From Calditrichales bacterium (GTDB lineage: Bacteria; Calditrichota; Calditrichia; Calditrichales; J004), in assembly GCA_965267575.1 (NCBI GenBank), contig OZ254086.1, positions 1,504,001-1,568,000 on the forward strand: a stretch of 64,000 nucleotides of DNA. The letters are read 5' to 3'. How positions within the stretch are numbered: the stretch's first letter is position 1; each line of letters opens with the position of its first letter. The position numbers and the translations under genes were made by a program. The notes beneath the pieces were generated by a model, which saw only the letters and a program-made list of their open reading frames with translations, did not search any database and had not been told where the DNA came from. Positions 26,654 through 37,310 of the stretch are shown here, one piece after another.

Positions 26654-29332
26654 TTAGCTGAACCACGGGTTTGGTTTCTCCGGATCGATATCCATATCCT
26701 TGATCGCCTTTGTTACATCCGATCCCTTCAGGTCGCCTTTTTGCGCCAGCAGGTTTAGGGCGGCCAGTACGACATAGCGCTCGTCCACTTCAAAGAAATT
26801 ACGCAGCTGATTGCGTCCGTCGCTGCGCCCGAATCCATCGGTTCCCAGCGCCGCAAACGGTCCCGGCACCCATTTGGCGATGGACAACGGCAATGCCTTT
26901 ACATAATCGGAAGCGGCCACATAAACGCCCTCACTGCCATCAAGTACTTCCTCTATATATGCTTTCTTCTGCTTTTTCGTCGGATTGAACATGTTCCAGC
27001 GATCAGCCTGTGTGGCGTCCACGTGCAGTTCTTTGTAGCTGGTAACGCTGTAGATATCGGCGGCAATGTCAAATTTATCTTCCAGCATTTCCTGCGCCTT
27101 CACCACGCAGTTCATAATCGTTCCGCTGCCAAACAGGTTTACCTGCATTTTGGCTTTCTTCTTTTTGGAAGCGCGGAACTTGTACATTCCTTTGACGATG
27201 CCTTCCTTCACCTCTTTGCCTTTGGGCATTTCCGGCTGCTTGTAGTTTTCATTCATCACCGTGAGATAATAGAAAACGTTTTCATGTTTCTCGTACATGC
27301 GCTCGATGCCGTCACGGATCAGCACAGCCAGTTCGTAGGCGAATGCCGGGTCATAGGCTTTCAGGTTGGGATAGGGGTAAAGCATCAGGTGACTGTTGCC
27401 GTCCTGGTGCTGCAGGCCCTCGCCGGCCAGCGTTGTGCGTCCGGATGTGGCGCCCAGCAGGAAGCCTTTGGCGCGCATATCCCCGGCCGCCCAGATCAGG
27501 TCGCCAATGCGCTGTACCCCAAACATGGAGTAGAATATGAAAAAGGGAATGGCGTTAATGCCATGCAGCGAATAAGCTGTACCCGCTGCCGTGAAAGACG
27601 ACATTGATCCGGCTTCGGTGATTCCTTCTTCCAGGATCTGGCCGTTTTTAGCTTCTTTATAATAAAGCAGGCTCTCTTTGTCCACCGGCTCATAAAGCTG
27701 GCCGCCGTGCGCATAAATACCCACCTGGCGGAACAGCGATTCCATACCAAAGGTGCGCGCTTCATCGGGCACAATCGGTACAATGTTTTTACCGATTTCC
27801 TTGTCACGCAGCAACTTGGACAGCAGGCGCACAAAAACCATCGTCGTGGAGGCCTCGCGGTCTCCCGTGCCTTCGTAAAACTCTTCGAAAATGCTTTCAT
27901 CCGGAGTTTTCAGGGCACCTGGGGCTTGCTTTTTGCGCTGCGGCATGTAGCCGCCTAGCTGCTTGCGGTGCTCCTTCATATATTGCATCTCCGGGCTGTC
28001 TTCGTCCGGCTTGTAGAAAGGAATATCGTCGATTTTTTCGTCAGAAATCGGAATACCGAAACGGCTGCGGAAAGTACGCAGTTCCTGTTCGTTCAGTTTT
28101 TTCTGCTGGTGGGTTATGTTTTTGCCTTCGCCCGCTTCGCCAAGGCCGTAGCCTTTTACAGTGCGCGCCAAAATCACGGTGGGTGCTCCCTTGTGCTTTA
28201 CCGCCGCGCTGTATGCCGCGTAAACTTTTTCCGGATCGTGGCCGCCCAGACGCAGACGCTCAAGCTGCTCATCGGACATGTGCTCAACCATTTTCAGCAG
28301 CTGCGGGTACTTGCCCCAGAAGTGCTGACGGATATAAGCGCCGCCCTTAACGCTGTAATTCTGATATTCACCGTCGACAACCTCGGCCATACGCTTGACG
28401 AGCAAGCCTTCCTTATCCTGTGCCAGCAACGGATCCCAGTCTTTACCCCAGACAATCTTAATGACGTTCCAGCCGGCGCCGCGGAAAACGCGCTCTAGCT
28501 CCTGGATGATTTTACCGTTGCCGCGTACCGGGCCGTCCAGACGCTGCAGGTTACAGTTAATTACAAAAATCAGGTTGTCCAGCTGTTCCCGTGTGGCCAG
28601 CGAGATAGCGCCCAGTGTTTCCGGTTCGTCCGTTTCACCGTCACCCAGGAATGCCCACACTTTTTCATCACCCTTGGGTTTCAGGCCGCGGTCTTCCAGG
28701 TAGCGGTTAAAACGCGCCTGGTAAATGGCCATAATCGGACCCAGGCCCATAGACACAGTCGCAAACTGCCAGAAATCGGGCATCAGCCAGGGGTGTGGAT
28801 AGGAAGACAGTCCGCCATTGGGGTGTGTTTCGTGGCGGAAATTTTTGAGCTGCTCCATCGATATGCGTCCTTCCAGGAAGGCGCGGGCGTAAATACCGGG
28901 TGAGGCGTGGCCCTGGAAGTAAACGGCATCACCGCTGAAGTTATCCGACGGGGCGCGGAAAAAATGGTTAAAGCCTATTTCATAGAGCGTGGCCGCGGAG
29001 GCGTAGGTGGAAATGTGTCCGCCAATCCCGGCCTCATGTTTGTTGGCCCGCACAACCATGGCCATGGCGTTCCAGCGGATAAGGCTTTTTATACGCCGCT
29101 CGATTTCCCGGCTGCCGGGGAAGTTAGGCTGCTCTTCCGGCGGAATGGTGTTGATATAAGGCGTGTTGGCGGAAAAAGGCATTTTGATGCCTTCGTAATG
29201 GGCGCGGCTCTGCAGGGCTTGCAGCAAAGACGTGGCGCGCTGCGAGCCACCTTCCTGAATCACGTAGTCAAGCGATTCAAGCCACTCCTGAAGTTCTATT
29301 TCTTCTATAGTTTTATTGTTTTGTTGACTCAT
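26654..29332 (-). CDS. aceE: Pyruvate dehydrogenase E1, homodimeric type
   Basis: GGHISTY, SSYPHPWLMP, GDGETDEPE, GEGLQHQDG, GTDGFGRSD. Confidence 0.96.
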   Translation of the reverse strand: MSQQNNKTIEEIELQEWLESLDYVIQEGGSQRATSLLQALQSRAHYEGIKMPFSANTPYINTIPPEEQPNFPGSREIERRIKSLIRWNAMAMVVRANKHEAGIGGHISTYASAATLYEIGFNHFFRAPSDNFSGDAVYFQGHASPGIYARAFLEGRISMEQLKNFRHETHPNGGLSSYPHPWLMPDFWQFATVSMGLGPIMAIYQARFNRYLEDRGLKPKGDEKVWAFLGDGETDEPETLGAISLATREQLDNLIFVINCNLQRLDGPVRGNGKIIQELERVFRGAGWNVIKIVWGKDWDPLLAQDKEGLLVKRMAEVVDGEYQNYSVKGGAYIRQHFWGKYPQLLKMVEHMSDEQLERLRLGGHDPEKVYAAYSAAVKHKGAPTVILARTVKGYGLGEAGEGKNITHQQKKLNEQELRTFRSRFGIPISDEKIDDIPFYKPDEDSPEMQYMKEHRKQLGGYMPQRKKQAPGALKTPDESIFEEFYEGTGDREASTTMVFVRLLSKLLRDKEIGKNIVPIVPDEARTFGMESLFRQVGIYAHGGQLYEPVDKESLLYYKEAKNGQILEEGITEAGSMSSFTAAGTAYSLHGINAIPFFIFYSMFGVQRIGDLIWAAGDMRAKGFLLGATSGRTTLAGEGLQHQDGNSHLMLYPYPNLKAYDPAFAYELAVLIRDGIERMYEKHENVFYYLTVMNENYKQPEMPKGKEVKEGIVKGMYKFRASKKKKAKMQVNLFGSGTIMNCVVKAQEMLEDKFDIAADIYSVTSYKELHVDATQADRWNMFNPTKKQKKAYIEEVLDGSEGVYVAASDYVKALPLSIAKWVPGPFAALGTDGFGRSDGRNQLRNFFEVDERYVVLAALNLLAQKGDLKGSDVTKAIKDMDIDPEKPNPWFS

Positions 29333-29553
29333 ATAGCCCCTTTTTTAGTGTGAGCATTAAAAAGTTTGGAGACGTTTAAAATATCGCTGTTTTTAAAGAG
29401 CTTTTAATATAGCAAAAATTCCGAACCCTTACAAAAAACGGCCGGTGTCTCTGAACGCCCGATGATCAGCGAAACCGGTCAGCTAAATCTTGTTCTTTTT
29501 TAGCCGAAAATCTGTGAAAATTTTTATGAAAAACAAAGATAGGAGAGTTTATC

Positions 29554-29769
29554 ATGTGGGATATGCAGGCCTTTGGAGAACTGGTGCGTACGCACAGAAA
29601 AAAAAGCGGACTCAGCCAGATCGAGCTGGCCAACCTTGCCGGCGTCGGCAAAACAACCATATTTGATATTGAAAAAGCGCGCCACTCCTTTCACATGCGT
29701 ACAATTGTCAATGTGTGCAAAGCGCTTAACCTTAAAATGGAAATGCTCAGCCCCCTGCAGAACGACTAA
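29554..29769 (+). CDS. XRE-family HTH protein, HipB-like
   Basis: HRKKSGLSQIELANLAGVGKTTIFDIEK; RBS AGGAG; upstream of a HipA-like gene. Confidence 0.8.
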   Translation: MWDMQAFGELVRTHRKKSGLSQIELANLAGVGKTTIFDIEKARHSFHMRTIVNVCKALNLKMEMLSPLQND

Positions 29770-29892
29770 GCCAGTTTCCCGGCGGCCTGATCGCGTATAC
29801 CGGCCGCCACGCCTCCCTTTTATCTTTTTCTTTTTGTAGTTTTTTCAGCCTGTTGTATTTTTCAGCGGCCTGACCCCGGAAAAATCCACATA

Positions 29893-30774
29893 ATGAAACG
29901 TTGCCCCATTACATACGATCGTATTGATGCCGAAGGCTATAGCCGCCGTGGCCTGCGGATTATTTCACGCCACCTGGAAAAGCTGAAGCCTGTTAGCTTT
30001 GATATAGAGAAAAATGCCTGTGGCAGCAGCAAGGACGATCTCTTATGCAGCTACGCGCGGTTATCAGTTAAAGAACAGATCTTCGAGGCGGGCACTGAAA
30101 AAGATCGCTTTATGCTGCTGCGCGACCCGGCTCCCGGGAGTGTTATGATACCCAATATGGATCTGACCATGAAGCTGGCCGGTCGTGCCGGTGTTGAAGT
30201 GGTTAAGCACGGCATGGTCCGTCACGCGGATGATGAGCTGTTATTGTTTTGTCTGCGTCCCGTTTTTCAGGGCCGTTTCCGGCGGCTCCCGGTGAAACCT
30301 CTTTTTGACGAAAACGATCCCTTTGATCTGGGCGCTCTGTTGTCAAAGGTAGATCAGACGTGTACATTTCCGCAGTTGGAACGGCTGAAGCTTTTTCGTT
30401 TGCTGCTTGTTGCCTTTCTTGTCGGCCACAAGGCTTTCAGTCCGGATGATTTCCGCGCTGTGCAAAATAATGAAAAATGGCAGCTACTGCCGCAGCAGCG
30501 GCTGATAAATGAACAATTTTCAGGAAGCATAGAAAAGGGATCTGTACAACTGGGCAATGACCTGCTACGCTTTTCCGGCGCCGCCGATGCAATCGCATTT
30601 GCCCAACGGCAGATGGCATTGAACAGCAAAGCGGCCAACCAGGTGCTGCGTGAGCTGGAAGCCTTGTTCCTGGAGTGGATGAAGCTGATAAACGGCAGCT
30701 TTTTACCGGCAAAACAAAAAAAAGACTATACGGCATTCGTGCAGGAAAAAAGAAAATTGTTTTTTAAATATTGA
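29893..30774 (+). CDS. HipA-like protein with degenerate kinase motifs
   Basis: MKRCPITY, PNMDLTMKLA..AGVEVVKHG, CTFPQLERLKL resemble the HipA subfamily as I recall it; catalytic motifs not recognisable. Confidence 0.65.
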   Translation: MKRCPITYDRIDAEGYSRRGLRIISRHLEKLKPVSFDIEKNACGSSKDDLLCSYARLSVKEQIFEAGTEKDRFMLLRDPAPGSVMIPNMDLTMKLAGRAGVEVVKHGMVRHADDELLLFCLRPVFQGRFRRLPVKPLFDENDPFDLGALLSKVDQTCTFPQLERLKLFRLLLVAFLVGHKAFSPDDFRAVQNNEKWQLLPQQRLINEQFSGSIEKGSVQLGNDLLRFSGAADAIAFAQRQMALNSKAANQVLRELEALFLEWMKLINGSFLPAKQKKDYTAFVQEKRKLFFKY

Positions 30775-30783
30775 GGAGCGCTG

Positions 30784-31305
30784 ATGGATGAACAGGAAAT
30801 AGTTGAAAAGCTGGCTGCCAACACGGCCGTTTTTGAAGCGCTTTGCAAAGGTGTCAGTGAACAGCAGTGGCGCTGGAAACCTGATCAAAAAACATGGTCT
30901 ATGCTGGAAGTAGTGCACCACCTGCTGGACGAGGAGCGCGATGATTTCCGGACGCGCCTAGATTACACATTACACAAGCCGGGCACGGCCTGGCCGGCGA
31001 TAGACCCGCCAAAGTGGGTTGTGGAGCGTAATTATAATGAGCGCAATCCCTCACTGGTGCTTACGCTTTTTCACGAAGAACGGGAGCGCAGCATTCAATG
31101 GCTGAACAATCTCAATCAACCGGACTGGGATGCTTTTTATGACCACCCGCAGGCCGGCAAAATGAGCGCGCGACGCATTCTGGCCAACTGGCTGGCCCAC
31201 GACTACCTGCATATCCGGCAGCTTGGCCGCCTGCAGTGGCAATATCTGGCAAGCGGCATTGCCCCGATCGACCTGTCTTATGCCGGACCGGTGCCTCAGA
31301 AATAA
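30784..31305 (+). CDS. DinB-family protein
   Basis: WSMLEVVHHLLDEE and WLAHDYLHIRQ His motifs. Confidence 0.85.
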   Translation: MDEQEIVEKLAANTAVFEALCKGVSEQQWRWKPDQKTWSMLEVVHHLLDEERDDFRTRLDYTLHKPGTAWPAIDPPKWVVERNYNERNPSLVLTLFHEERERSIQWLNNLNQPDWDAFYDHPQAGKMSARRILANWLAHDYLHIRQLGRLQWQYLASGIAPIDLSYAGPVPQK

Positions 31306-31331
31306 ACCGTATTTACCCGAAAAGTGCTGAT

Positions 31332-32315
31332 ATGCGAGATACGATCAGAGATAAAATTTTTCTTGCCTTAAAATATGTTGTCGGCTTTGGGCTGCTGGCC
31401 TACATATTTAGCAAAGTTGATGCTTCACGGACCTGGGAAACGCTTCTTGGTTTCGGCCCGCTTGTGCTTTTGCCGGTTATCGCGGTGGGCTTAATCCACC
31501 TGGCCCTGCAATTCGGATTGTGGCGCTTCCTGACTCAGCACCATTCCGCCCACGTGGAAGCGCGCGACCTGCTGCCGTCCTTTTTCGCCGGCTTCGCTTT
31601 CCGGATGATGCTGCCCGGGGGCAACGCCGAAATCGCCAAAGTATTTTTATTGCGCGGACGCAAAAGGGGCAAGGTGATCGCCTTTGCCGCCGAAAAGTTT
31701 TTCCAGACGACGCTTAAAATATTGCTTGTAGCTTTTACGCTTCCCGTTGTGTTCCCGGAGTATCGCTATGGATTGTGGGCCCTTGGAGCTGCCACAGTGG
31801 TGGCCTACCTCGTTTTACCCTTTCTGCTCAAGCGGGACATTTTTCATCGTTTCCAGGAAAAAAATGTTGACTATATCCGTATTTTCACTATCAGTGTTCT
31901 TTATAACATGCCCATTTTCCTGACCATGGTTTTGCAGTATCACATACTGCTAAATGCCCACTACGATATCTCCTGGATGCATACGTTGTGGGTGGGCGTA
32001 TTTGTCTGGAGCGCCGGACTCATCCCCGTTTCCGTTTCCGGGCTGGGCGTGCGCGAGAACCTGGCCGTATTTTTCCTGGCCCAGTATGGCGTATCCGGCG
32101 GCGCGGCGGTTGGGGTGTCGCTGCTGGTTTTCTTCCTTAACGCGATCATTCCCGCGCTTATCGGAGGTATTATCATTATGCGTCGCCGCCAGGACCTTAA
32201 AAATGCCGGCAGCGAGCTTAAACAAATGACGCAGCGTATTTACAAAAACGGCAAATCGAAAGAGGCTTCAGAGCAGAACCGCCGGCAGGAAGAAAACGAA
32301 CAGGGTAATGCATGA
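31332..32315 (+). CDS. Lysylphosphatidylglycerol-synthase-TM / flippase-like membrane protein
   Basis: Multi-TM; LPGG, IPVSVSGLGVRE motif; start moved to ATG 31332. Confidence 0.75.
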   Translation: MRDTIRDKIFLALKYVVGFGLLAYIFSKVDASRTWETLLGFGPLVLLPVIAVGLIHLALQFGLWRFLTQHHSAHVEARDLLPSFFAGFAFRMMLPGGNAEIAKVFLLRGRKRGKVIAFAAEKFFQTTLKILLVAFTLPVVFPEYRYGLWALGAATVVAYLVLPFLLKRDIFHRFQEKNVDYIRIFTISVLYNMPIFLTMVLQYHILLNAHYDISWMHTLWVGVFVWSAGLIPVSVSGLGVRENLAVFFLAQYGVSGGAAVGVSLLVFFLNAIIPALIGGIIIMRRRQDLKNAGSELKQMTQRIYKNGKSKEASEQNRRQEENEQGNA

Positions 32316-32821
32316 TCGGACAGGTTCAAAAACTGGTGCGTGTTCTGAATTTACGGGAGCACCCCGAAGGCGGTTTTTTCAGTGAAAGCTATCGTTCCCC
32401 GGAAAGCATCATCAAAGAAGCCTTGCCCGAACGCTTTGACGCCCAAAGATCGGTATCCACGGCAATTTATTTTTTGCTGCACGGCCACCAGTTTTCGGCT
32501 TTTCACCGCCTGCGGCAGGATGAGGTCTGGCATTTCTATGAAGGTGATCCGCTTCTGCTGCACCGCCTCAATCCGCATACTTCCGATTATGACATTCTGG
32601 AATTGGGCCCGGTAAACGACGCCGGCCAAAAGCCACAGATCGTGATGCCTGCCGGCAGCTATTTTGCCGCCCACGTGAAGGGCTTTCGCGGCTATACGCT
32701 GTGTGGCTGCACCGTCGCCCCCGGGTTTAACTTTGATGACTTCGAGATGCCGGAGCGCGCCGAACTGATAGAACTTTTCCCGGAGCGAGCCGCCATTATA
32801 CGCCGCTTAACGCGTTCCTGA
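32312..32821 (+). CDS. Cupin domain protein (cupin_5 / DUF985)
   Basis: HPEGGFF, TAIYFLL, FHRL..DEVWHFYEG, CTVAPGF.F.DF. Confidence 0.9.
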   Translation: MIGQVQKLVRVLNLREHPEGGFFSESYRSPESIIKEALPERFDAQRSVSTAIYFLLHGHQFSAFHRLRQDEVWHFYEGDPLLLHRLNPHTSDYDILELGPVNDAGQKPQIVMPAGSYFAAHVKGFRGYTLCGCTVAPGFNFDDFEMPERAELIELFPERAAIIRRLTRS

Positions 32822-32902
32822 ATTTCGTTTTAATTTTATAGCAATCTCCGGGCAAATTTCTTATTATCATTAATATAAATCTTTTAGCGTCAGGGAAGAG
32901 AC

Positions 32903-33643
32903 ATGAAGCGACCAAAGAATATCCTGCTTATTTTATTCTCAGCCGGCCTTTTTGCCTGCGGTGACATCGCGCCTGTTGTTGAACTTACCGCTTTGCAGGC
33001 GGGAGATGTTTATCCTGAAATTAAAATGATCCGCAACATAAATGGTGAAACCCTGCATGCCCAGTCCACCATTAAGGTTCATATGAGAGACACGGATGGC
33101 AAGCATGTGGAAATATTGGATGGGGAAATTCGGGTCAACGGTGTGAAGCTATCACCGCCATACGCGTTACTGAATGACACGCGGCCATACTACCTGAGCT
33201 ACACGCCGGTAGTGTCCGATTCCATTTACGTTTTTGAGATTGTCTTTAGCGACAGCAGCCGCTTTTATGCCTGGATTGAAACACCGGAAATCGAATTTAC
33301 CTCGGTTGATTTTGACCGCCGCCACCCGGACCGTGCCAACATGCAGATAAGCTGGTCACCGGTAGATTTTCGCTATCCGCAATATGCCATTATTCAGCAT
33401 TTTAGCCCGTATGATGGTTTCACCGAAAACGGGCAGACTGTATTGAATATCAACTACCCGTTCTACGGTACATTCACAATCGACGGATCATATTTACGTT
33501 ACAGCGACAATGATCCCGGCCGGCTGGATGAGCATCGTATTAAAATAGTTGCCGAAGAAACCGGCGTGGTTGATAACCGCTTTCACCGCGGCGGCTATAT
33601 TCAGGCGCGCATCGCCATTTTTAATAACCTGGAAATTTACTGA
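32903..33643 (+). CDS. Hypothetical lipoprotein
   Basis: Lipobox LFA-C after a hydrophobic signal; beta-rich body. Confidence 0.65.
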   Translation: MKRPKNILLILFSAGLFACGDIAPVVELTALQAGDVYPEIKMIRNINGETLHAQSTIKVHMRDTDGKHVEILDGEIRVNGVKLSPPYALLNDTRPYYLSYTPVVSDSIYVFEIVFSDSSRFYAWIETPEIEFTSVDFDRRHPDRANMQISWSPVDFRYPQYAIIQHFSPYDGFTENGQTVLNINYPFYGTFTIDGSYLRYSDNDPGRLDEHRIKIVAEETGVVDNRFHRGGYIQARIAIFNNLEIY

Positions 33644-34030
33644 TCAACCGGCGTAAGCCTCCGCTTCAATTTCCACCAGAATATCCGGCGAGATCAGGCG
33701 TGATACTTCCACCATCGTTGTGGCCGGCCGGATGTCCCGGAAAAACTGTCCGTGCGCTTCTCCCACCTTTTCCCAGTCGTCTATGTTGACCACGTACATA
33801 CGCGTGCGGTAAACGGCGCTTAGGTCCAGCCCGAAATTACTCAGCGCCTTTTCAATATTCCGGATTGTAATAACGGTCTGCCTGTATGCATCGCCCGCGG
33901 CCTGTATTTTTCCGGCGCTATCAGTCGGCGTTGTACCTGATACATAAACTGCGTTTCCGGCCTTTACCGCCCGCGAGTAACCGACGATAGGCTCCCACCT
34001 CGTCCCGGAAGCATAAAGTTCAAAGTTCAT
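33644..34030 (-). CDS. RidA/YjgF-family protein
   Basis: [32 protein letters not shown]; start at ATG 34030 after GGAGGA. Confidence 0.88.
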   Translation of the reverse strand: MNFELYASGTRWEPIVGYSRAVKAGNAVYVSGTTPTDSAGKIQAAGDAYRQTVITIRNIEKALSNFGLDLSAVYRTRMYVVNIDDWEKVGEAHGQFFRDIRPATTMVEVSRLISPDILVEIEAEAYAG

Positions 34031-34045
34031 CGTATCGTCCTCCAC

Positions 34046-34072
34046 AAAAAAAGGCGGGTCAATGCCCGCCTT
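34046..34072 (-). terminator. Intrinsic terminator after acs, directly before the RidA-family RBS
   Basis: AAGGCGGG-loop-CCCGCCTT plus T run on minus. Confidence 0.75.
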
Positions 34073-34077
34073 ATTAT

Positions 34078-35973
34078 TTATTCTTCCAATGTGCTCAGAT
34101 CGCCTTCGTCCTGGCCGAGCGCCCGTGCTTTTAAAACGCGGCGCATAATCTTGCCGCTGCGTGTCTTTGGCAGGTTGTCGGTAAATATGACGGCCTCCGG
34201 TTTGGCGATGGGGCCCATCTCTTTGTTTACATGTTCCTTTAGTTCTTCTTCAAGTTGCTTGTCCCCGGTCTTACCGGCCTTAAGAATTACGAAAGTGTGG
34301 ATGGCATTGCCCTTTAGCTCGTGGGGCAGGGCGATAGCCGCGGCCTCTGATACGGCAGGATGGCTCACCAGCGCGCTTTCTATTTCGGCGGTCCCCAGAC
34401 GGTAACCGCTTACTTTTATCACGTCGTCAATCCGGCCAATGATCCAGAAATAGCCATCTTCATCCATACGTGCCGAATCGCCGGCCTTGTACCAGCCCTG
34501 TTTTTTGTAATCCTTCCAGTAGGTTTCCTCATATCTGTCGGGGTCGCCATGGATAGTGCGTGCCATGCCGGGCCATGGGGCCTTCAGTACAAGTTTGCCC
34601 TCTTCACCGGGTTTTACTTCTTTGCCCTTGTCGTCAACTATCGCTACTTCATGTCCGAAGAAGGGCTTTGTGGCCGAACCGGGCTTTAACGGTGTTACCG
34701 GCAACGGCGTAATTACAAAACCGCCGGTTTCAGTTTGCCACCACGTATCCATGATCGGGCAACGCTCTTCGCCGATTACGTTATAATACCATTTCCAGGC
34801 CTCAGGATTAATGGGTTCGCCGACTGACCCCAGCAGGCGTAACGTACTCAGGTCGTGTCTCCGCGGCCAGGCATCGCCAAAACGCATCAGGCCGCGTATG
34901 GCTGTGGGCGATGTGTACAGAATGGTTATGCCGTATTTTTCTACCATTTGCCACCAGCGGCTCGGGTAAGGATGGTTCGGGGCACCTTCATACATCATAA
35001 CCGTTGCACCGTTGATCAATGGCGCATAAACAATATAGCTGTGTCCGGTAATCCAGCCCGGATCGGCGGCGCACCACCAGCGGTCTTCGTCTTTAATATC
35101 AAAAACAGTACGGTGCGTTGTGGAGGTGTAAACGCTATAACCGCCGTGCGTGTGAACAAGGCCTTTAGGTTTTCCCGTTGTACCGGACGTATAGAGGATG
35201 AACAGCATATCCTCAGCGTCCATTTTTTCCGTTTCGCAGCGTGCACCGGCTATGGGCAGGCCCATCAGGTCATGATACCAGAAATCGCGATCGTTTTCCA
35301 TGTAGCATTCTTCGCCCGTGCGCTTTACAGTGATGCATACCTCAATAGTAGGAGACCGTTTGATCGCTTCGTTGGCAATGCCCTTCAGGTCGGTGGGCTT
35401 GCCGCGCCGGAATCCGCCGTCCGCGGTAACCAGCACACGGCTTTGCGCATCGTTGATACGATCGGCCAAAGCTTCTACGCTAAAGCCCCCATACACCACA
35501 CTATGCGCGGCACCGATCTTTGCACAGGATAACATGGCAATAGCCAGTTCCGGAATCTGCGGCATGTAGATCGTTACAATGTCGCCTTTGCGCACGCCCA
35601 TGCTTTTAAGAACGTTGGCAAATTTACACACCTCGCGGTTCAAAGCGTGGTAAGAGAACGTTTTCAGGTCGCCCGGCTCGCCCTCCCAGATAAGGGCCAG
35701 CTTGTTGCGGCGCCACGTTTTGAGGTGCCGGTCTATGGCGTTTTGAATAATGTTAATTTTTCCGCCGACAAACCATTTGTAAAAAGGCTTATTGCTGTCA
35801 TCGAGAACTTTGTCCCACTTTTTAAACCAGTCCAGACGCTTCGCTTCATCTGCCCAAAAGCCTTCGCGGTCTTTAATCGAGCTCTTGTAGAGTTTTTCAT
35901 AATCTTTTACATTGGCATTTTTTACTACTTCTTTTGCAGGATAGTAAACATCGCCGGTCATTTTTTTAGCCAT
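34078..35973 (-). CDS. acs: AMP-forming acetyl-CoA synthetase
   Basis: [32 protein letters not shown]. Confidence 0.95.
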   Translation of the reverse strand: MAKKMTGDVYYPAKEVVKNANVKDYEKLYKSSIKDREGFWADEAKRLDWFKKWDKVLDDSNKPFYKWFVGGKINIIQNAIDRHLKTWRRNKLALIWEGEPGDLKTFSYHALNREVCKFANVLKSMGVRKGDIVTIYMPQIPELAIAMLSCAKIGAAHSVVYGGFSVEALADRINDAQSRVLVTADGGFRRGKPTDLKGIANEAIKRSPTIEVCITVKRTGEECYMENDRDFWYHDLMGLPIAGARCETEKMDAEDMLFILYTSGTTGKPKGLVHTHGGYSVYTSTTHRTVFDIKDEDRWWCAADPGWITGHSYIVYAPLINGATVMMYEGAPNHPYPSRWWQMVEKYGITILYTSPTAIRGLMRFGDAWPRRHDLSTLRLLGSVGEPINPEAWKWYYNVIGEERCPIMDTWWQTETGGFVITPLPVTPLKPGSATKPFFGHEVAIVDDKGKEVKPGEEGKLVLKAPWPGMARTIHGDPDRYEETYWKDYKKQGWYKAGDSARMDEDGYFWIIGRIDDVIKVSGYRLGTAEIESALVSHPAVSEAAAIALPHELKGNAIHTFVILKAGKTGDKQLEEELKEHVNKEMGPIAKPEAVIFTDNLPKTRSGKIMRRVLKARALGQDEGDLSTLEE

Positions 35974-36109
35974 AAGAATCCTCCGCAGGGTTTCGGTGAA
36001 AAGATTTAATTTGGGGCAAAGTTGGTAAAATCTATAGTCATCAGTTTATAGATTCAACTTTACAATTAAAGGAAAAGATTTTTTATATTATTAGAAAGAG
36101 ATTAGAATA

Positions 36110-36137
36110 CTAACGCTTAACTAATAAAAATCTAACA
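36110..36137 (+). promoter_or_regulatory. Candidate Pho-box-like direct repeats
   Basis: CTAAC (36110), CTAAT (36121), CTAAC (36132) at an 11-bp period upstream of the Na/Pi cotransporter. Confidence 0.35.
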
Positions 36138-36202
36138 TTGGGCTTTGTATTTTACACTTTTCTAAATCTCGGAAAGTGGTATCTATACAAGGAAGATTTT
36201 TA

Positions 36203-37303
36203 ATGAAGTCTGACAAGACAAAAGGAAAAGGCGAAAACACAATACTCAGATTGTTTTTACTCATCCTTTTCCTATACATATTTCTGCTCAGCATTTCACT
36301 CATGGGGTCCTCTCTCAAGCTGTTTGGAAAAGGTCTGGCAGAAGCTCTCATCAGCAGTACATCCAATCCTTTCGTTGGTCTCTTTATCGGTATTTTAGCA
36401 ACCTCACTTATACAAAGTTCTTCATCTACAACGTCTATTGTGGTCGGCATGGTTGGAGGCAACGCTTTAAGTGTGGCAAATGCCATCCCGATTATTATGG
36501 GCGCAAACATAGGTACGTCGGTAACCAATACATTGGTTTCTATCGCGCACCTAAACCGCTCCATCGAATTCCGACGATCATTCGCGGCATCTACCGTTCA
36601 TGACTTTTTTAATATTCTGGCTGTTATTGTGATTTTTCCGCTGCAGTTGTCTTTTAACATTCTTGGTGAATCGGCCACATGGCTTGGAAATGCCTTTCAG
36701 AATGTGGGCGGGCTAAACTTCTTCAACCCTTTAAAAGCGATAACCAGCCCCGTGGCAAAAGGTATTATTGAACTGCTTGGCTCATCGGCCTGGCTCTCAT
36801 TAATACTGGCCCTGCTGCTTCTCTTTCTGGCGCTTAAGCAGATCGTCTCGTCGCTGAAGATCCTGGTGGTTAAGCGTGCGGAAGCCTGGTTTGACAAAAT
36901 TCTGTTCAAGAATGCCATACGCGCCTTTACGGTTGGTTTATTGCTGACGGTTCTTGCGCAGAGCAGCTCCATTACCACCAGCCTGATTGTTCCGATGGCC
37001 GGCGCAGGCATTCTGAATCTTATACAGATTTTTCCTTACACGCTCGGCGCCAATATCGGTACGACATTTACATCTATTTTGGCTGCATTGGTCACAGCTA
37101 ACGCCAGCGCGATCATAGTATCTTTTGCGCACCTGATATTTAACATAGCCGGTGTGCTTATCCTGTGGCCGTTCCGTTTTCTGCCGATTTATTTTGCGGA
37201 AAAAATGGCAGACGTTGCTATCCGGAACAAAGTTATACCTTTTGCATACATCATCGTTATGTTTTTTTTACTGCCATTGACTATAATATTTGTGTTTAAA
37301 TGA
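36203..37303 (+). CDS. Na+/Pi cotransporter (NptA/SLC34-like)
   Basis: Two QSSS repeats, each followed by GANIGT. Confidence 0.9.
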   Translation: MKSDKTKGKGENTILRLFLLILFLYIFLLSISLMGSSLKLFGKGLAEALISSTSNPFVGLFIGILATSLIQSSSSTTSIVVGMVGGNALSVANAIPIIMGANIGTSVTNTLVSIAHLNRSIEFRRSFAASTVHDFFNILAVIVIFPLQLSFNILGESATWLGNAFQNVGGLNFFNPLKAITSPVAKGIIELLGSSAWLSLILALLLLFLALKQIVSSLKILVVKRAEAWFDKILFKNAIRAFTVGLLLTVLAQSSSITTSLIVPMAGAGILNLIQIFPYTLGANIGTTFTSILAALVTANASAIIVSFAHLIFNIAGVLILWPFRFLPIYFAEKMADVAIRNKVIPFAYIIVMFFLLPLTIIFVFK

Positions 37304-37310
37304 GGTTATC

